From Octopus bimaculoides (taxonomy: Eukaryota), in assembly GCF_001194135.2 (NCBI RefSeq), contig NC_068990.1:66910584-66946173 (forward strand): a DNA stretch of 35,590 nucleotides. The letters run 5' to 3'. How positions within the stretch are numbered: position 1 is the first letter of the stretch; the number at the start of each line of letters is the position of its first letter. This document shows positions 21,360 to 34,404 of the stretch, piece by piece. The position numbers and the translations under genes are program-made. Under the pieces are notes generated by a model, which ran no database searches, was not told the origin of the DNA, and was given only the letters and a program-made list of their open reading frames with translations.

Positions 21360-23140
21360 GTGCTCAGAACTCAGTTTCACTGAGTTGAGCAAATCTTAAG
21401 AATTTCTCATTGCCAGGGCATCTCAGTCTGTAGTCATCTCCGTGAGGCTCAACATCTTGACATTGACCCTCACTGCTTCATCCCATGCCTTTCGGAGCTT
21501 CCCTCTTCAGTGGGTTCCATCCACTTTAAGTGTTTGGTACTTCTTTATACAACTGTCCTTTGGTCATGCATTACATGACCAAACCATCATAGTCTTTTCT
21601 CTTGTGTGCTTCATCTGGGTTTTTTTATGCCTAACTTTTCTCTCAACACATATGCACTCTGTTGTACTTGCATGCTGATGTTGTGCATCCATTGGAGAAT
21701 ACTAACTACATTTATTTCTCTCCATTTTTTGCATGTCCTCTACATTCAGAAGTCATATCTTACTACTATGGAGCATAGCTATTTGTACACAAGTGTCATG
21801 CAATCTGCTTTTCACTTTGAGAGAGAAGCTGTTTGTTACCAACAGATGTAATAGCTCTCTAAACTTTCTGCAGCCTATTCATATTTTGTTACATCTTTCT
21901 CCATTGCTAATTTGGTCAACTAGGTAACAGAAATTATCTACAACTTCAAGGGATTCTCCAGGACATATTCAGATGTAATAGCTCTCTTTGAGAGAGAAGC
22001 TGTTTGTTACCAACAGATGAAATAACTCTCTAAACTTTCTGCAGCCTATTCATATTTCGTTACATCTTTCTCCATTGCTAATTTGGTCAACTAGGTAACA
22101 GAAATTATCTACAACTTCAAGGGATTCTCCAGGACATATNNNNNNNNNNNNNNNNNNNNNNNNNNNNNNNNNNNNNNNNNNNNNNNNNNNNNNNNNNNNN
22201 NNNNNNNNNNNNNNNNNNNNNNNNNNNNNNNNNNNNNNNNNNNNNNNNNNNNNNNNNNNNNNNNNNNNNNNNNNNNNNNNNNNNNTGTTACATCTTTCTC
22301 CATTGCTAATTTGGTCAACTAGGTAACAGAAATTATCTACAACTTCAAGGGATTCTCCAGGACATGTTCAGATGTAATAGCTCTCTTTGAGAGAGAAGCT
22401 GTTTGTTACCAACAGATGAAATAGCTCTCTAAACTTTCTCCAGCCTATTCATATTTCGTTACATCTTTCTCCATTGCTAATTTGGTCAACTGGGTAACAG
22501 AAATTATCTACAACTTCAAGGGATTCTCCAGGACATTAGAAAATCTGTATAGTAGCTTCAATGAGCAGCCAGTGTGAAATTGCCCTGTTATGGCCTGGAG
22601 GACTATGACAAATAAGAATGGACTGAGAACTGAGCCCTGGTGCACGCCTAATTGTACACTAAATTCATTACAGTACTCAAGGTTAACTCACACCCTACTG
22701 ACAGCACCCCTATATATGGCTTGTGTGGCTCTAGCAAGTCATTCATCTACTCCTAACTTCCTTGGAGACCACCAGATAATAGAGAAAGAGACACTATCAA
22801 AGGTTTTCTCAAAGTTCTAATCAGTTAGGCTATAAATCTCTGTGTAACTTTCATGACATGGTCTAATAGTTTGCTACCTCTGTAATTATTTCTATCTATG
22901 GCATGTTCTTTATCCTTGTAGAAGATAACTATAATGCTGCTACACCAGTCATTGGATACAATATCTTCCTGAACCATCTGACTGAGCATACAGGTGACTA
23001 GACCATTTCCTAGTCTACCAAAAATTTTAAGCATCTCTGTAATGATTCATGAAGGTCCAAGGGATTTCCTTGCCTTCATATTTTTAACTTTTTTTCTATC
23101 ATGCTGCTGTTCAACGCTGATAGTGTTGGGTCCATTAGGA
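21360..23140 (-). pseudogene. Degenerate RTE-clade LINE reverse transcriptase fragment with internal deletion and tandem duplication
   Basis: MKARKSLGPS*IITEMLK; NDWCSSIIVIFYKDK...RNNYRGSKLLDHVMKV; VSRV...EFSVQLGVHQGSVLSPFLF; GESLEVVDNFCY; GWRKFREL; C-terminal LYDTCVQIAMLH. Confidence 0.88.
21821..22535. repeat. 171-bp tandem array, at least 4 units, spanning a gap
   Basis: Unit starts at 21821, 21992 and 22391. The segment catctttctccattgctaatttggtcaact is seen four times, with diagnostic single-base differences. Confidence 0.9.
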
Positions 23141-23587
23141 ATATATCTATACAATTGTGTGTATGTGCCTTTGTATGTAAGTATCCATCTATATTATATC
23201 AATGTCTTCATGTATGTATGTATATATATATTAATATTTCTAAATCTCTCTAAAGGAGACTACAGCAGCAGTACTGGATATACATATATACTCTGACCAA
23301 TAACTGATGAGGATTTGGTGACCTTCTGAGCCTGTTTTCCATTTGTTTGTGCTGTTATTATGTTTTTTTTAAACTTATATATATAGTAGAGTTTTACTGT
23401 TTTGACTTGTTTTGAGATTCAGTTATGCCAAAGCTGAGACAATTGCATTATACAAGCATCCTGAGACTCATTGAAATATAAATACAAACATTATATTCAA
23501 TTTAGTGAATGTAATGTTATAAGTTTGTTTTAAATGGTTACCATCACTTTGACATGATGCAATTGCTTCACACACGCACATACACAA

Positions 23588-23619
<32 letters not shown>

Positions 23620-23799
23620 CTCCTTCTCTTCCTACTTCTCCTTCTCATCATTATCATATTAACAACATTCATATTTTTCATTCTTGCAAAGATCAGACAG
23701 GTTTGATGGAGAGAAAGTTAGATTTTCTACAGCTGGATACCCTTTTTTTCACCAACACTCACCTTTTTCCATGCAAGACAATATTTCAATATATTGCTG

Positions 23800-24200
23800 C
23801 ATTTTTAGTGGGGATGGTTAGTTGATTACATTGACTGCAGTACATCAGTGATACTTTATTTTATTGCCTTCAAACAGATGGAAAGCAAATATAACCATGA
23901 CAAGATTTCAACTCAGAATATAAAATGCCAGAAGAAACATCACTAAGCATTTTGTCTGAAATGGTAATGATTCTGCCAACTTGACCCCTTAATACTGATT
24001 TCAAATTTTGGCACAAGGTCAGCAATTTGCAGGGGAATGGTTTAAGTTGATTACATCAACTACATTGCTCAATTGGTATTTATTTTATTGAACCCCAAAA
24101 TGATGAAAGGCAAAGCTGACGTCAACAGAATTTGAACTCAGAATGTAAGTACAGACAAAATGCCACTAAATATTTTGCCTGACATGCTAACAATTCATGT
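23800..24200 (-). mobile_element. Two tandem family A SINEs
   Basis: Two reverse-complement copies (about 23800-23990 and 24003-24200), each with gttgattacat, gaactcagaat, ctaagcattttg/ctaaatattttg. Confidence 0.75.
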
Positions 24201-24204
24201 GTTC

Positions 24205-24392
24205 ACTGGGTGAAATGCTTAGCGATATTTCATCTTCTACTATGTTGTGAGTTCAAATCCCGCTGAGATCGACTTTGCCTTTCATCCTTTCAGGATCGAT
24301 AAATTAAGTACCAGTTGAGTACTGAGGTCAATGCAATCGACTATCCCCCTCCCCCTATATTTCTGGCCTTGTGCCTATAGTAGAAAGGGATT
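24205..24392 (+). mobile_element. Family A SINE
   Basis: gaaatgcttagcg...gatcgactttgcctttcatcctttcaggatcgataaattaagtaccagttgagtactg...ggccttgtgcctatagtagaaag. Confidence 0.88.
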
Positions 24393-24973
24393 CATGTGAT
24401 TTGTTTTTTTCTGTATGACTGGTTTTAATCTTTTTATTTAGTTACTGAGTCAGGTAGAGGCAGTACTGTTTCCTCCTGGGATTGAAAATATCGATTAGTC
24501 TCTTTCCCTTAAAACTGCTGGTGATGAGGCTGAGAGGATTCAGGATAGACACCTTCCTCTTTGTTCGAGCCCTCATTGACTTCTTCAAGTTCCACTTGGA
24601 AAGCACATGGAGGATGGAAAGGAAAGTGCTCTCTCTCTCTCTCTCTCTCTCTCAGTGATTATGTCAAGAGTTTTGGGTTTAATGGAATTACTCCAAGCAT
24701 TCATCTCTAAACTGAAGAACAGCAGTTGTGTGAGGTGAGGCCCTTGTGCCCTTAATGCTCAGGGTGATCTTGGATCTGTGAAGTTTCTTGATTGGCTCCC
24801 ATTGAAGGCTCACTTGTGTCAGGCAGACAGCATCTTTCATGTGTTCACATATTTTGTAAATCTATATTATGTATTGTAAGATACAGAAATAAATTTATTT
24901 CTCAAATGCATGATAATGCATAAATAGTGAGATCAGGATAAATTATCCATTTATTGCAGAAAAATACGTTACT

Positions 24974-25045
24974 GGCCAGCCATGAGACTCGAACTTACAT
25001 CTCTGTGATTACGTGTCAAGTGTTTTACCATTAAACTAAACTGCC
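24974..25045 (-). pseudogene. Degenerate tRNA-Thr(CGT)-like sequence (pseudogene or SINE head)
   Basis: 72 nt: GGCAGTT-TA-GTTTAATGGTAAAAC-A-CTTGA-CACGTAA-TCACA-GAGAT-GTAAG-TTCGAGT-CTCAT-GGCTGGC. A and B boxes present; several stem mismatches. Confidence 0.55.
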
Positions 25046-25911
25046 CAGCAAAGGATTCTTCAATTTTAGAACTTATAAATTTAGCTTCATAAGACGCTAA
25101 CGTTAAATTCAACTTTACGATGAAAGTAAACAAACAAAGTTTGTTCTTTTTTTTTTTTTTTTTTTTTTTTTTCTTTAGATATGCTTTTTTATCTCATTCT
25201 CTCTCTTCTCATTTTCTTTCCCTCATTGTTTATATAAGCCTCCACAGAAACTGTGAAGTCTTTGTATCCCCCACTTGATGCCCCACTAGCAAATAAAAGT
25301 AATCATTATTCATATTATTGTTATGTAGTATCATTATCATCTCATTTTCTATAAATTTATATTGGTGTTATCATTTATCATTTCTGATTAATTTGTTTTT
25401 ACATATAGGATTGCTCCCCACTTATCTCAAAGAGACCTTTAGGAACAACATTCATGACATTTTGCTTTGGATTCTTTATTTTATTAACCCTTTTCCTGCA
25501 GTCAAGACAAAAAACCCCCCCAAAATGTAAATAAATAAACAAATGAAGGAGTACTTGAGCCAAAGAAAGCAAAGTTCCTAAGGATATTAATAGGTGGCTG
25601 AAAATGCTTCAAACTTAATGGAAACAAAAAGAGAAGCAACAAAAATAAATAAATATATAAATTAGAAAGTATTAGAAAAGTAAAGGAAATAATGTTTACA
25701 TCATAAAAAACAGAAGGTTCAAGAAATGTAAGATAATTCATTTTAATTGTGGAACTCAGCAACAAATCTATAAGTAGCACGTAAATAATAGGTTCGAAAA
25801 GGTCAAAAGCTGCCTGTGGGGTTCAAACCCACATCTTCTGTAAACATGACAAATATTCTAGCCAAAGATTTTTAAATCCAGTATTTGCATGTTATTACTT
25901 ATAGCTTTATG

Positions 25912-26345
25912 AAAGTGGCGAGCTGGCAGAATCGTTAGCATGCCAGGTGAATTGCTTAGCAGTGTTTCACTCGTTGCTATGTTTTGAGTTCAAATTTACC
26001 CAAGGTCAACTTTGCCTTTCATCCTTTTGGGATCAATAAAACAAGTACCAGGTCGATGTAATTGAATCATCCCCACTGCTGACAAGCAGCCCTTGTAGCA
26101 AAAAATTTGAAATAATTACTTATAGTTTTATGTAAGGCGTTGAGCCGGCAGAAACGTTAGCACACCAAACAAAATGCTTAGCGGCATTTCGCCAGCCTTA
26201 ACATTCTGTGTTCAAATCCTGTCGAGGTTAGCTTTGCCTTTCATCCATTTTGAGGGCAATAATGAAATATTCTACCAGTCAAAGTACTGTAATCAACTAA
26301 CATTTTCGCACTAAAATTGCAGGCTTTGTATCCAAACTTTGAAAT
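25912..26345 (+). mobile_element. Two tandem family A SINEs
   Basis: Heads aaagtggcgagctggcagaatcgttag (25912) and aaggcgttgagccggcagaaacgttag (26135), each with ctttgcctttcatcc. Confidence 0.85.
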
Positions 26346-26711
26346 ATTAGTTGCAGTAGTAGACGTTAGGTTTTTTTTTTATTCACTTATTTGAGGTGTT
26401 AGCTTTGGTTAAAACATACATACATTGTATGTACATGTGCACACATACATGCTCTGCCATACTAAAAGCCCAGTCTGTTATTGATTAACATACAGTTTAA
26501 AAGTTAAATAATAAAAAGTTAAAAGTAAATTGACTGAAAGTGATGTGAGCAAAATTGCAAAATTTCATGACAAAGAAAACTGGTGAAATCCCTTAACTCC
26601 CTCATTATACCATCTCCACATGCATCTACCTGTAGAGTACCTTCTGGTGATATTTTTAGCATTGTAGAAAAAGTGGCTGCACTACTCTGTTTCAATGAAC
26701 AATACTACTGA

Positions 26712-26950
26712 AAGGTGAGCCGGCAGAATCATTAGCACACTGGGTGAAATGCTTAGTGGTATTTTGTCTGCCATTACATTCTGAGTTCAAATTGCACCGA
26801 GGCCGACTTTGCCTTTCATCCTTTTGGAGTCGATTAAATAAGTACCGGTTATGCCCTGGAGTCGATGTAAACAACTTAATCCCCTTGTCTGTCCTTGTTT
26901 GTCCCCTCTATATTCAGCCCCTGCCCTCCGCTGTGGGCGATAAAGAAATA
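26712..26950 (+). mobile_element. Family A SINE (same tail variant as 9243-9480)
   Basis: aaggtgagccggcagaatcattagc...gactttgcctttcatcc...tgtctgtccttgtttgtcccctc...gtgggcgataaagaaata. Confidence 0.88.
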
Positions 26951-27899
26951 AATACTACCGAAAAGGCAATGAAGTGCCTTCTATGTTGATGTATGATAAG
27001 CCAATACTGTTGCATGCAAATAATGAAATAACTCTGCAAGACTTCTGAGTTGTACAGAAAGAATCGACAGGAAGTGGTGGCATTGTTCCTGTCTCCTTAC
27101 AATAGATTATTTACTTAAATAATCTATTTTATTAGATTTCACTATGATTACTTCTGCTAAATTGACTGCCATCTTACTAAACCTCTAAATTGCTAGTTAA
27201 TCCAGTTCTCTTTATGAAATTATCGAATGTCACTGTTGTAACTATCAGTCAATTTACTTTTACTTATTTAATCCCTAACTGCATTTTAACATTGGAATTT
27301 ATTTAACACTAGAATTTATTTATTTGACAAACTTCAGACATGTTTATTTCAGCTTAAATCAAATTTATGAAAAAATTCACTGAAAACTCGTTGTTTTCAT
27401 TAAGTTTATTTTTCTTAATTCTTCAACTTTTCTCTAACGTATTTTATTTTATGTTGCTTGAGCTAAAAATTTAATTTGTTTTAATTCAAATGAAAATACT
27501 TTTTTGTATTTCAAATTTTAAAATGTTTCCTTTTCCCACCTTATGAGGTCCATTAATTATATTAATTCAAAGAATATTCTAAAATAAAATACTGTTGTTT
27601 TTAAACTGTGGAAATAGTTGAAAATATTTACAGTAAATTTTTTAAATTACACTTGTTGCGAGACTTGTCATAAATTATTGCATCATTTAGGCTCAAATGG
27701 TCAGAAATCAGCTCGTCCTACATGTTCTTAATGATTGGTCTCATAAACTGGTCATATTATAGTGTAATACTTGACTGAGTTCATTTCTTGGATTGGTTTA
27801 GTTTTATGTGGGATACAGTTTTTCTTTTTAACTGTGTTGTACGATAGACCAACCAGTGTGGCAAAATCAAGTACCTGTGTGAGCCTCAATTTATCTTTA

Positions 27900-28200
27900 A
27901 ATAGGAAGATTTTTCCTGTTTTGGCCAATGGGGTGGGAATTTTCTGAGATTTTCCTGGAAGCTATGTCACGACATTTTGTTCCTGTTATTGAAGCACATG
28001 TAACCAAGTTTCAACTGAGTTGAAAAGCAGACTGTATATTTTCAACAGACTATTATCTTCATGATGTATCCAACTAGTTTTCTGTACAAATTTATTTAGC
28101 AGAGGAATAAAGTGCTGCCATTCATTACTAACTTGCTTTCTTGTATTTCTTTCCACCATTTTACACACCACTCATGGCACCAAGAACTTGTAATAATATA
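27900..28200 (+). pseudogene. Short hAT (ZMYM1/TTF-type) transposase remnant
   Basis: Across frameshifts: GGNFL / EIFLEAMSRHFVPVIEAHVTKFQ, then FSTIL...WHQELVII, similar to GNFLELL...EH...YFSII.D...SHxEQL. Confidence 0.55.
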
Positions 28201-29189
28201 AGAGCCGGAGACATACTTAACACCAGCTTACAGTTTAACTAAAGAACAGGTGATTGCCAATGGTTTTGCTGGTCAGTCAAATTCTTGAAAGAATTCGAAA
28301 ACTACAACTAAAAAAAAATTACTTTCATATTGTATCATGTGATTCTTCAAAATTTGTGAAAATATGGAAATATACATATTTGAAAAAATATGTAGTTTGT
28401 TTATTTTCCACACCTCTTTTTTACCTTTTGTGTATACATAAAATATTAACTTTCGGTTTTGAAATATGTTACTGTATTTGATGGCACAAAAGAACCACAG
28501 GTATATTAGACACAGGTATATGTAGCAGTATATATTCAGGAACACAACGGTTTTTAGCAAAATTAGAATATGTAATATTTAAAGCAATCTCACAACACAT
28601 TACAAAACTGCCTTAGCTATAGCAAAATACATTAACATTTTGTAATAATACATAATTAAATATTTTGATTATGAAGTCCTGATGGGTTGTAGAGACTGTC
28701 TGGATTAAAATTAGCCTATATTAGAGGGCATCAATGAGAAAATTTGCGTATGGAAGGTTTAAATTTGTATATAGGGCCTGGGTAATGTTCTGGAGACATT
28801 TTATTTTTTGAGAAAATGGGGTTATATTTTATCACATATGGTAAATATCTTTCCATTTGAAAATAGGTATATACACATTATACACATCTTCTGTTGTTAT
28901 AATGGTTGATTCTTGTAGCTATTGGAGCTTTTTCTATTGCTGTCACAGTTTCTGAAATTTTAAAATTAAGTGAAAATTTTCAAATTTGTTTGGCTAGGGA
29001 TGTCAAAAATTGCTAACTGGGATTGAAACATGTAAAATTTTTCTAAAATTTTTCTGTGACAAGCGAATAACAAAATCAGATTCAGCATAAAAAATTCAAT
29101 GGTGGTTGGGGGCATCATCAGTATGATTTAATGTGTAGGACTCGGTAGTAGTGGGTGTCTTCCAGTTTTGTGATTGTTTCATTATAGTG

Positions 29190-29395
29190 CACTTCATCTC
29201 CACCAGTTATATCACTTTCCAGCTCCACTGAATCACTCTCCTCTCTTCTATAATGTGAACATTCTTGTAACTTAGCAATAGAAAACAAGTTCTTCCTTGA
29301 CCTCTTTTTTCATACTTTAAACCTTCTTCTAGTGTAAACATACTGCCTTAAGGTTCATAGTCTTTGCAAGCTGCCTGGGAACCTCACAAGTGCAG
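29190..29395 (-). mobile_element. Partial copy of the RTE-tail-extension repeat
   Basis: Roughly 80% similar (by eye) direct homolog of 30241-30440. Confidence 0.7.
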
Positions 29396-29469
29396 GTTTT
29401 TGAGCGGCTGCTGCATCATCATTATCATTGCCAGATATTATTGTCCTAGTTGTCATCATCAGCTGCAAG

Positions 29470-29910
29470 TGATGCTTTATAAAAGATGTGTGAATTCCAT
29501 AATGCAAAAACTACAAAATGAAAGATCTTCTCATAGAACTTTTTTGCTTCATTTCCTAGATACTGGACAATCATTGAAATGCTGATCGACCTTGGCTGCC
29601 CTTCCCATTATCAAGTTGTAGTCACAAACAGCCTCTTGTCTTTTCATAACTTTTGTTCTAGTAGTTACTTTCTTTATAGGTGAATTGTTGACTACAGGTG
29701 CACATTTTTATCTTTTCATTTAAGAGCCAGGATTGTGCCACTCCAAAATGTAAAAATTACATCTCTCTTCAGTTTTTCTTTCTTCAGTGGTTGAGGTATT
29801 TCCTTTCTATTTTGTACAAGTATATCAACTAGTTGTATAAAAGCTACGCAGTTTTTTGTTGTATCAAAAGTTTCATGATTATTGCAAGGACATTGTGATG
29901 TTACTAAATT
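29470..29910 (-). pseudogene. piggyBac (PGBD4-like) transposase remnant
   Basis: QNRKEIPQPLKKEKLKRD; GTILALK*KDKNVHL*STIH; EAVCDYNLIMGRAAKVDQHFNDCPVSRK*SKK / FYEKIFH..FALWNSHIFYK. Not in the ORF track. Confidence 0.8.
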
Positions 29911-29989
29911 CCTGATGAAGCTTCTAGCCCTTTTCCTACTATACCATCATTACTATACTGCTGCTCGCCACATTTTTCCTGCACTGTCA

Positions 29990-30625
29990 ATTATCCCCTA
30001 CTCTCCCTACCTCCCCTAAGTTATGCATCGTTTGTCATCCCCTACCCTTATCCACCATTCACTATATCAAATCCTTTAACTTTACCCAACCTTTACAGTT
30101 GTCACCTGCCTCCCCTTGTCCATTTCCCATCTCTCACTCCCACATACACCCTTGCAAGGTCCACCCACACACCCACAATCCTGATTCCTCTGTCCCCTCT
30201 TCTTTTCGCTTTGTACCTTGAGGGTCCATCCAGACACCTCATCTCCACCAGTTATATCACTTTCCAGCTCCACCCAATCACTCTCCTCTCTTCTATAATG
30301 TGAGCACTCTTGTAACTTGGCAGTAAAAAATATGTTTTCCCTTGCCTCTTCTTTCATACTTTAAGCCTTCCTCTTGTGTAAACATACTACCTTGGGGTTC
30401 ATTGTCTTTGCAAGCTGCCTGATGACCTCACAAGTGCTGGTAGCACAAAAAAAGCACCAAAAGCACATGGTATGTTCTGTGAAATGGTTGGCATTATGAA
30501 GAGTCTCCAACCAAAGAAACCATGACAAAGCATATGCTGGAGCATGATGCATTCCTTGGGCCCAATGGAGCTGGTCAAACGATCCAACCGATTGACAGCA
30601 TTAAAGTTAGGTGTCAAATGATGAT
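29990..30625. mobile_element. RTE-tail-related repeat with pyrimidine-rich extension
   Basis: Reverse complement is colinear with 20640-21100 (tail, aatgccaacca, accctcaaggtacaa). Confidence 0.6.
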
Positions 30626-31299
30626 AATGATAGCCCAAGCAGTCTACCCTAATTCTGATTTACACAACATAAAATAGTGTACTCCATATCTATTAGGCTT
30701 CTATCAAATACATGCAAGTCTACCATTATACAACATAATGGCTTTTTTTAATATTTATATCCCTGTTGGAGTATGTGAATGATGAAATTTTGCAAGATCA
30801 CAAAACACTTTATACATCTTATTTATTTTAGGATGGGTGTGAAGAGTTTCAGGATTGCAAATTTCATTATCAGAGAAATGACGATATTGTTTTAACTTTC
30901 AAGACCTATTGCATGTCATTATTTTTTTTCCAAAATGTGTTGCTGTAGCACAGGCTTCTTTGACCAAGGCATATCTCCTAATAATTTGATGGTATCTTGA
31001 ATTTTCAGTACAAAAAATGCATTCATCCCTAAAAACACATGAAATTCTGCAGGTATGATGGTTGTCTAATTATGTACAGAATCTTGACCAGCATACTTGA
31101 TTGTTTCCCTGAAAATAAACTGAATCAAAATTTCATCAAATATCTATGAAAACGTCTTCAAGAGGAATCATTGCAGTGATGCTGCCATCAACCTTTGTTC
31201 CTGGCATTAGGTTACCAACATCAGATCGATCAATACAAATGATCACCTACTGTTATTGAAATTGTTGGCATGAGTCATCATCAGAAAAGAAAGCATTGT

Positions 31300-33340
31300 T
31301 CTCTGAAGATGTATCATCATTATTAGTCTTCCACCATAGCCAAAGTTATTTTACCTTCTCATCTGTGCAATTCATTGTCAGATTGAGGATAAGGAAAAAT
31401 AGAAAAAAGACAAAAATCAAGAACTCCACAATCAGTAAACAGGTATTATATTCATGCATACTCACCTTTCGGGCACTGTGTAGAAATTGTGAAAAAGCTC
31501 TGTCAGTGTTCATCACCTTTGGCTACCAAACATACAAAGTTCATGAGGCAGTGTGTGTGTGTGTGTGTGAATGATCCAATAAGCTTAGAAAACAATGAAA
31601 TATATTCCCAGTCTAGACACTTATATTTTCATGAGATATCTTGTGTCCTGTGACACACTAAATAATAGAATATTTATGGGAACTGTGGAGGTAATTGCAT
31701 AGTTAAACACATTTTTAGAGGAACATTTCAAGAGATGTAAAAATGAAAAAGTAAACAATATTTCTCCATCCAAAAACTGTATGAAGAATTGATAGAGATC
31801 ATAGGAAAACATGCAAAATGAAATTGTGAATCAAATCATCAACATCAGTAATAACATTTTATTATAGTCGACTCTATGTGTGACCTGATACATGTTGACG
31901 AGCTTGTAATGTTTGCTTATTTGTGTGAATATTCTCATATAAGGCAACCTGCCAAATGATTGTGAACCTATGAAATTCTTACATTCCCTTGATTTCCTGT
32001 AATTCACGCTGCCTGGTCCCAATGGAAAACTATGTAAGAGATTTATATTTCGTCGATACAAAACCATTCATCCACAAGTCTATTCAACAAAATACAAGTA
32101 TTCCATGGACACAAACTTTCATTTGAAAATACGTGGTTAGTCCTACGATAGAAGAGTTGTGAGCACTTTTTAAGAATATTAACAGGTATGTGAACAATGT
32201 TGTGCCATGTGCAGTTCATTCACTCAACCCTGTTATAGAAAAGATGTTGTCATCTGTACCTGGAGTTGTTGAATATTTTGATATTTTTCAGGAGCTGCAG
32301 GTCTTCTTTGCAGAATCTTCAAAAAGATGAGAGGTTTTAAATACACAGGATAATCTAGATGTTTCTCTGAAATATAAACTAGATGGTCTACACAATGTGA
32401 AGCAAACAGGGCAATTAAAAACATAATCAGATATTTTTTGAAGACTAAAAGGTGAAAGTTGAATGTGAATAAAAATCAAAGAATTTATACCTCAAATTCA
32501 TAAAGTTGGAGAATTGTACTTTAAGTCATTTGAGAGGAAGTGTTCAAGCATTTTAACTAAATGAGAGACTTCAGACCTTCGATTTTTATATATTTGAATG
32601 TTATCTTCTGCTATCATCTTTACTTTGGTTAGTAAAAGAAATGAGAAAATATTCAGATGACAGTATGTCACACTATGAATCAGAAGCAAAAGGACTGTGT
32701 GAAGATGTCACATCAAAGTATTCCAATGTTTCCAAAAGCATTGTTACAAAGGAATTTTCAAATGTTACAAGTGGTAGTGCTTGTAATACTGAAGTTCTAA
32801 ATTCAGTCTATGACTGTTGAATAATCCAGTTACACAAGAAGATTAACTCTTTTGAGCAGATTGTAAAAAGTTTCAAGTTCCTCTCAGAATTGGTGAACAG
32901 TTCTGAAACTGACGAAGGCAATAAACTTATATTAAAGAGATGCTATTCACCCTAAATTAGTGAGTGCTAACAGTTCAGAGAATATTTGTCCCTTAATAAA
33001 TCCAAAAACACAGAAGAAAACACATCATTCAAAATGGAATGCTCAGAAATTCTTCAGTTTGTGAGCAACACCTAACTGAAGTGTTCCCCAGTATTACCAC
33101 TGAACTCAAGCTGTATTTGACAATGTCTATCATGAGCTGTGAAGCAGAAAGGAATTTCTCAATGCTATCCTTTATAATAAAGATATCTACCATGATTGAA
33201 GAGTTCTCAGATTGTTTATCAATATCGTATCTGGAAAATATCATTGCAACAAAATGCTCATTTGACAAAACTTTGTATAAATTTGCTGCTTGTTTAAAAC
33301 AGGAAGAAGAGTATTTTGTTATATGTGGTTCCTGTAGTTA
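31300..33340 (+). pseudogene. hAT (ZMYM1/TTF-type) transposase remnant
   Basis: IFMGTVEVIA*LNTFLEEH; YEELIEIIGKH; IIVDS.CDLIHVDEL; VPCAVHSLN (about 32202); FQELQVFFAESSKR*EVL; TRWS (32378); dimerisation domain FPSITTELKLYLTMSIMSCEAERNFSML (ORF 33039-33341). Boundaries upstream of 31660 are uncertain. Confidence 0.88.
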
Positions 33341-33859
33341 GTATTCTCATGGGTGTTTAAAATAAATGATTATATTAACTCAGGTCTTAGCTATATTATA
33401 TTTCATCAGTCTATGATGCATTGTGCATGCTAATCAATTATGCTCAATTTTCATCTATCCACCCAATTTGAAAACTATATGGTATAGGAAATATTTATTC
33501 ATACAAGTGACTCTAAACCTCTGAGATAATCCAGTACAATAATTTGAATCAAAATTTGAGACATTGGTTAAACTTTTATTTTAAAATTTGTAGTAATCTT
33601 TTAAGGAACAGACTTATTGAAGAAGATTAGTGGTTACCCATTACTCATTGCTTGTAGAAAGGACTTGCAGTATGGCCTCATTTTTAAGGACTTTACCTAA
33701 TTGCATTCTTCTCTGCCCTTTGGACCTCTAAGTCCTTGCATAGATATCAAGATCTTTCAAACTTTGTTGCTGGTCTCAAGGATGGCCTCTCCACCAATAA
33801 CTGTTCAAGTTCCAGGGCCTCAAAAATGTAGACCCACTTCTGATTGTAATAGTTTCTGA

Positions 33860-34180
33860 TAGAGGCACAAAACCAGTAATTTTAAGGGGAGGGATAAAGT
33901 TGATTCCATTTACCATAGCACTTGATTAATACTTTATTTCATTGGTCTTGGAAGGATGAGAGGCAAAGTTGACCTCAGTTGGATTTGGACTCAGGATGTA
34001 ATGTACTAGCAAGCTAATAGAATCATTAGCACATTGGGCAAAATGCTTTGCAGCATTTCTTCCAGTTCTTTGCATTGTGACTTCAAATTCCACCAAAGAT
34101 AATTTTGCTTTTCATCCTTTTGAAGTTGATGAGTACTGGGGTTGATGGTGCTTCAAAAATTGCTAACCTTATGCCAAAAA
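33860..34180. mobile_element. Divergent pair of degenerate family A SINEs
   Basis: Minus copy about 33860-34010 (gatgagaggcaaagttgacc) and plus copy about 34010-34180 (agaatcattagcacattgggcaaaatgct...ttgcttttcatcc). Confidence 0.7.
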
Positions 34181-34404
34181 CTTGACTCTTTGTTTTTGTT
34201 GATAGTGTTGCTTTGTTTTACACTAGTTGTTCCAAATTTCACCCAGACTCTTTGAGTGACAATAAGCTGGACATATTAATATGGGCATTATTTATGAGTG
34301 GTAATGATATATTACAGGGAAAGGAGATTGAATACTGAGAATTAGAATTTTGCCAAAAGTTTGTTGTAATATTTGTGATTTCAAAAGAGTTTGAAAGACT
34401 TAGA

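Noticed and set aside
21480-21515. CTGAAGA...GAAA on the minus strand
   Set aside because: Lies within RTE coding sequence, with no NUH site or helix I/III. Other CTGANGA hits (about 7570 minus, 23305, 24713, 29912) lack a positioned GAAA.
21821-22535. CRISPR-like array
   Set aside because: Contiguous full-unit repeats with no unique spacers, in a eukaryotic LINE.
29190-30440. Direct repeats as LTRs flanking an internal region
   Set aside because: Too diverged, no TG...CA ends or PBS, a homolog exists at 20.7-21.1 kb, and the interior is piggyBac.
27900-33340. One hAT element split by insertions
   Set aside because: Both parts encode the same GNF/EH/YFSI-D-H-Q motifs, so they are separate copies.
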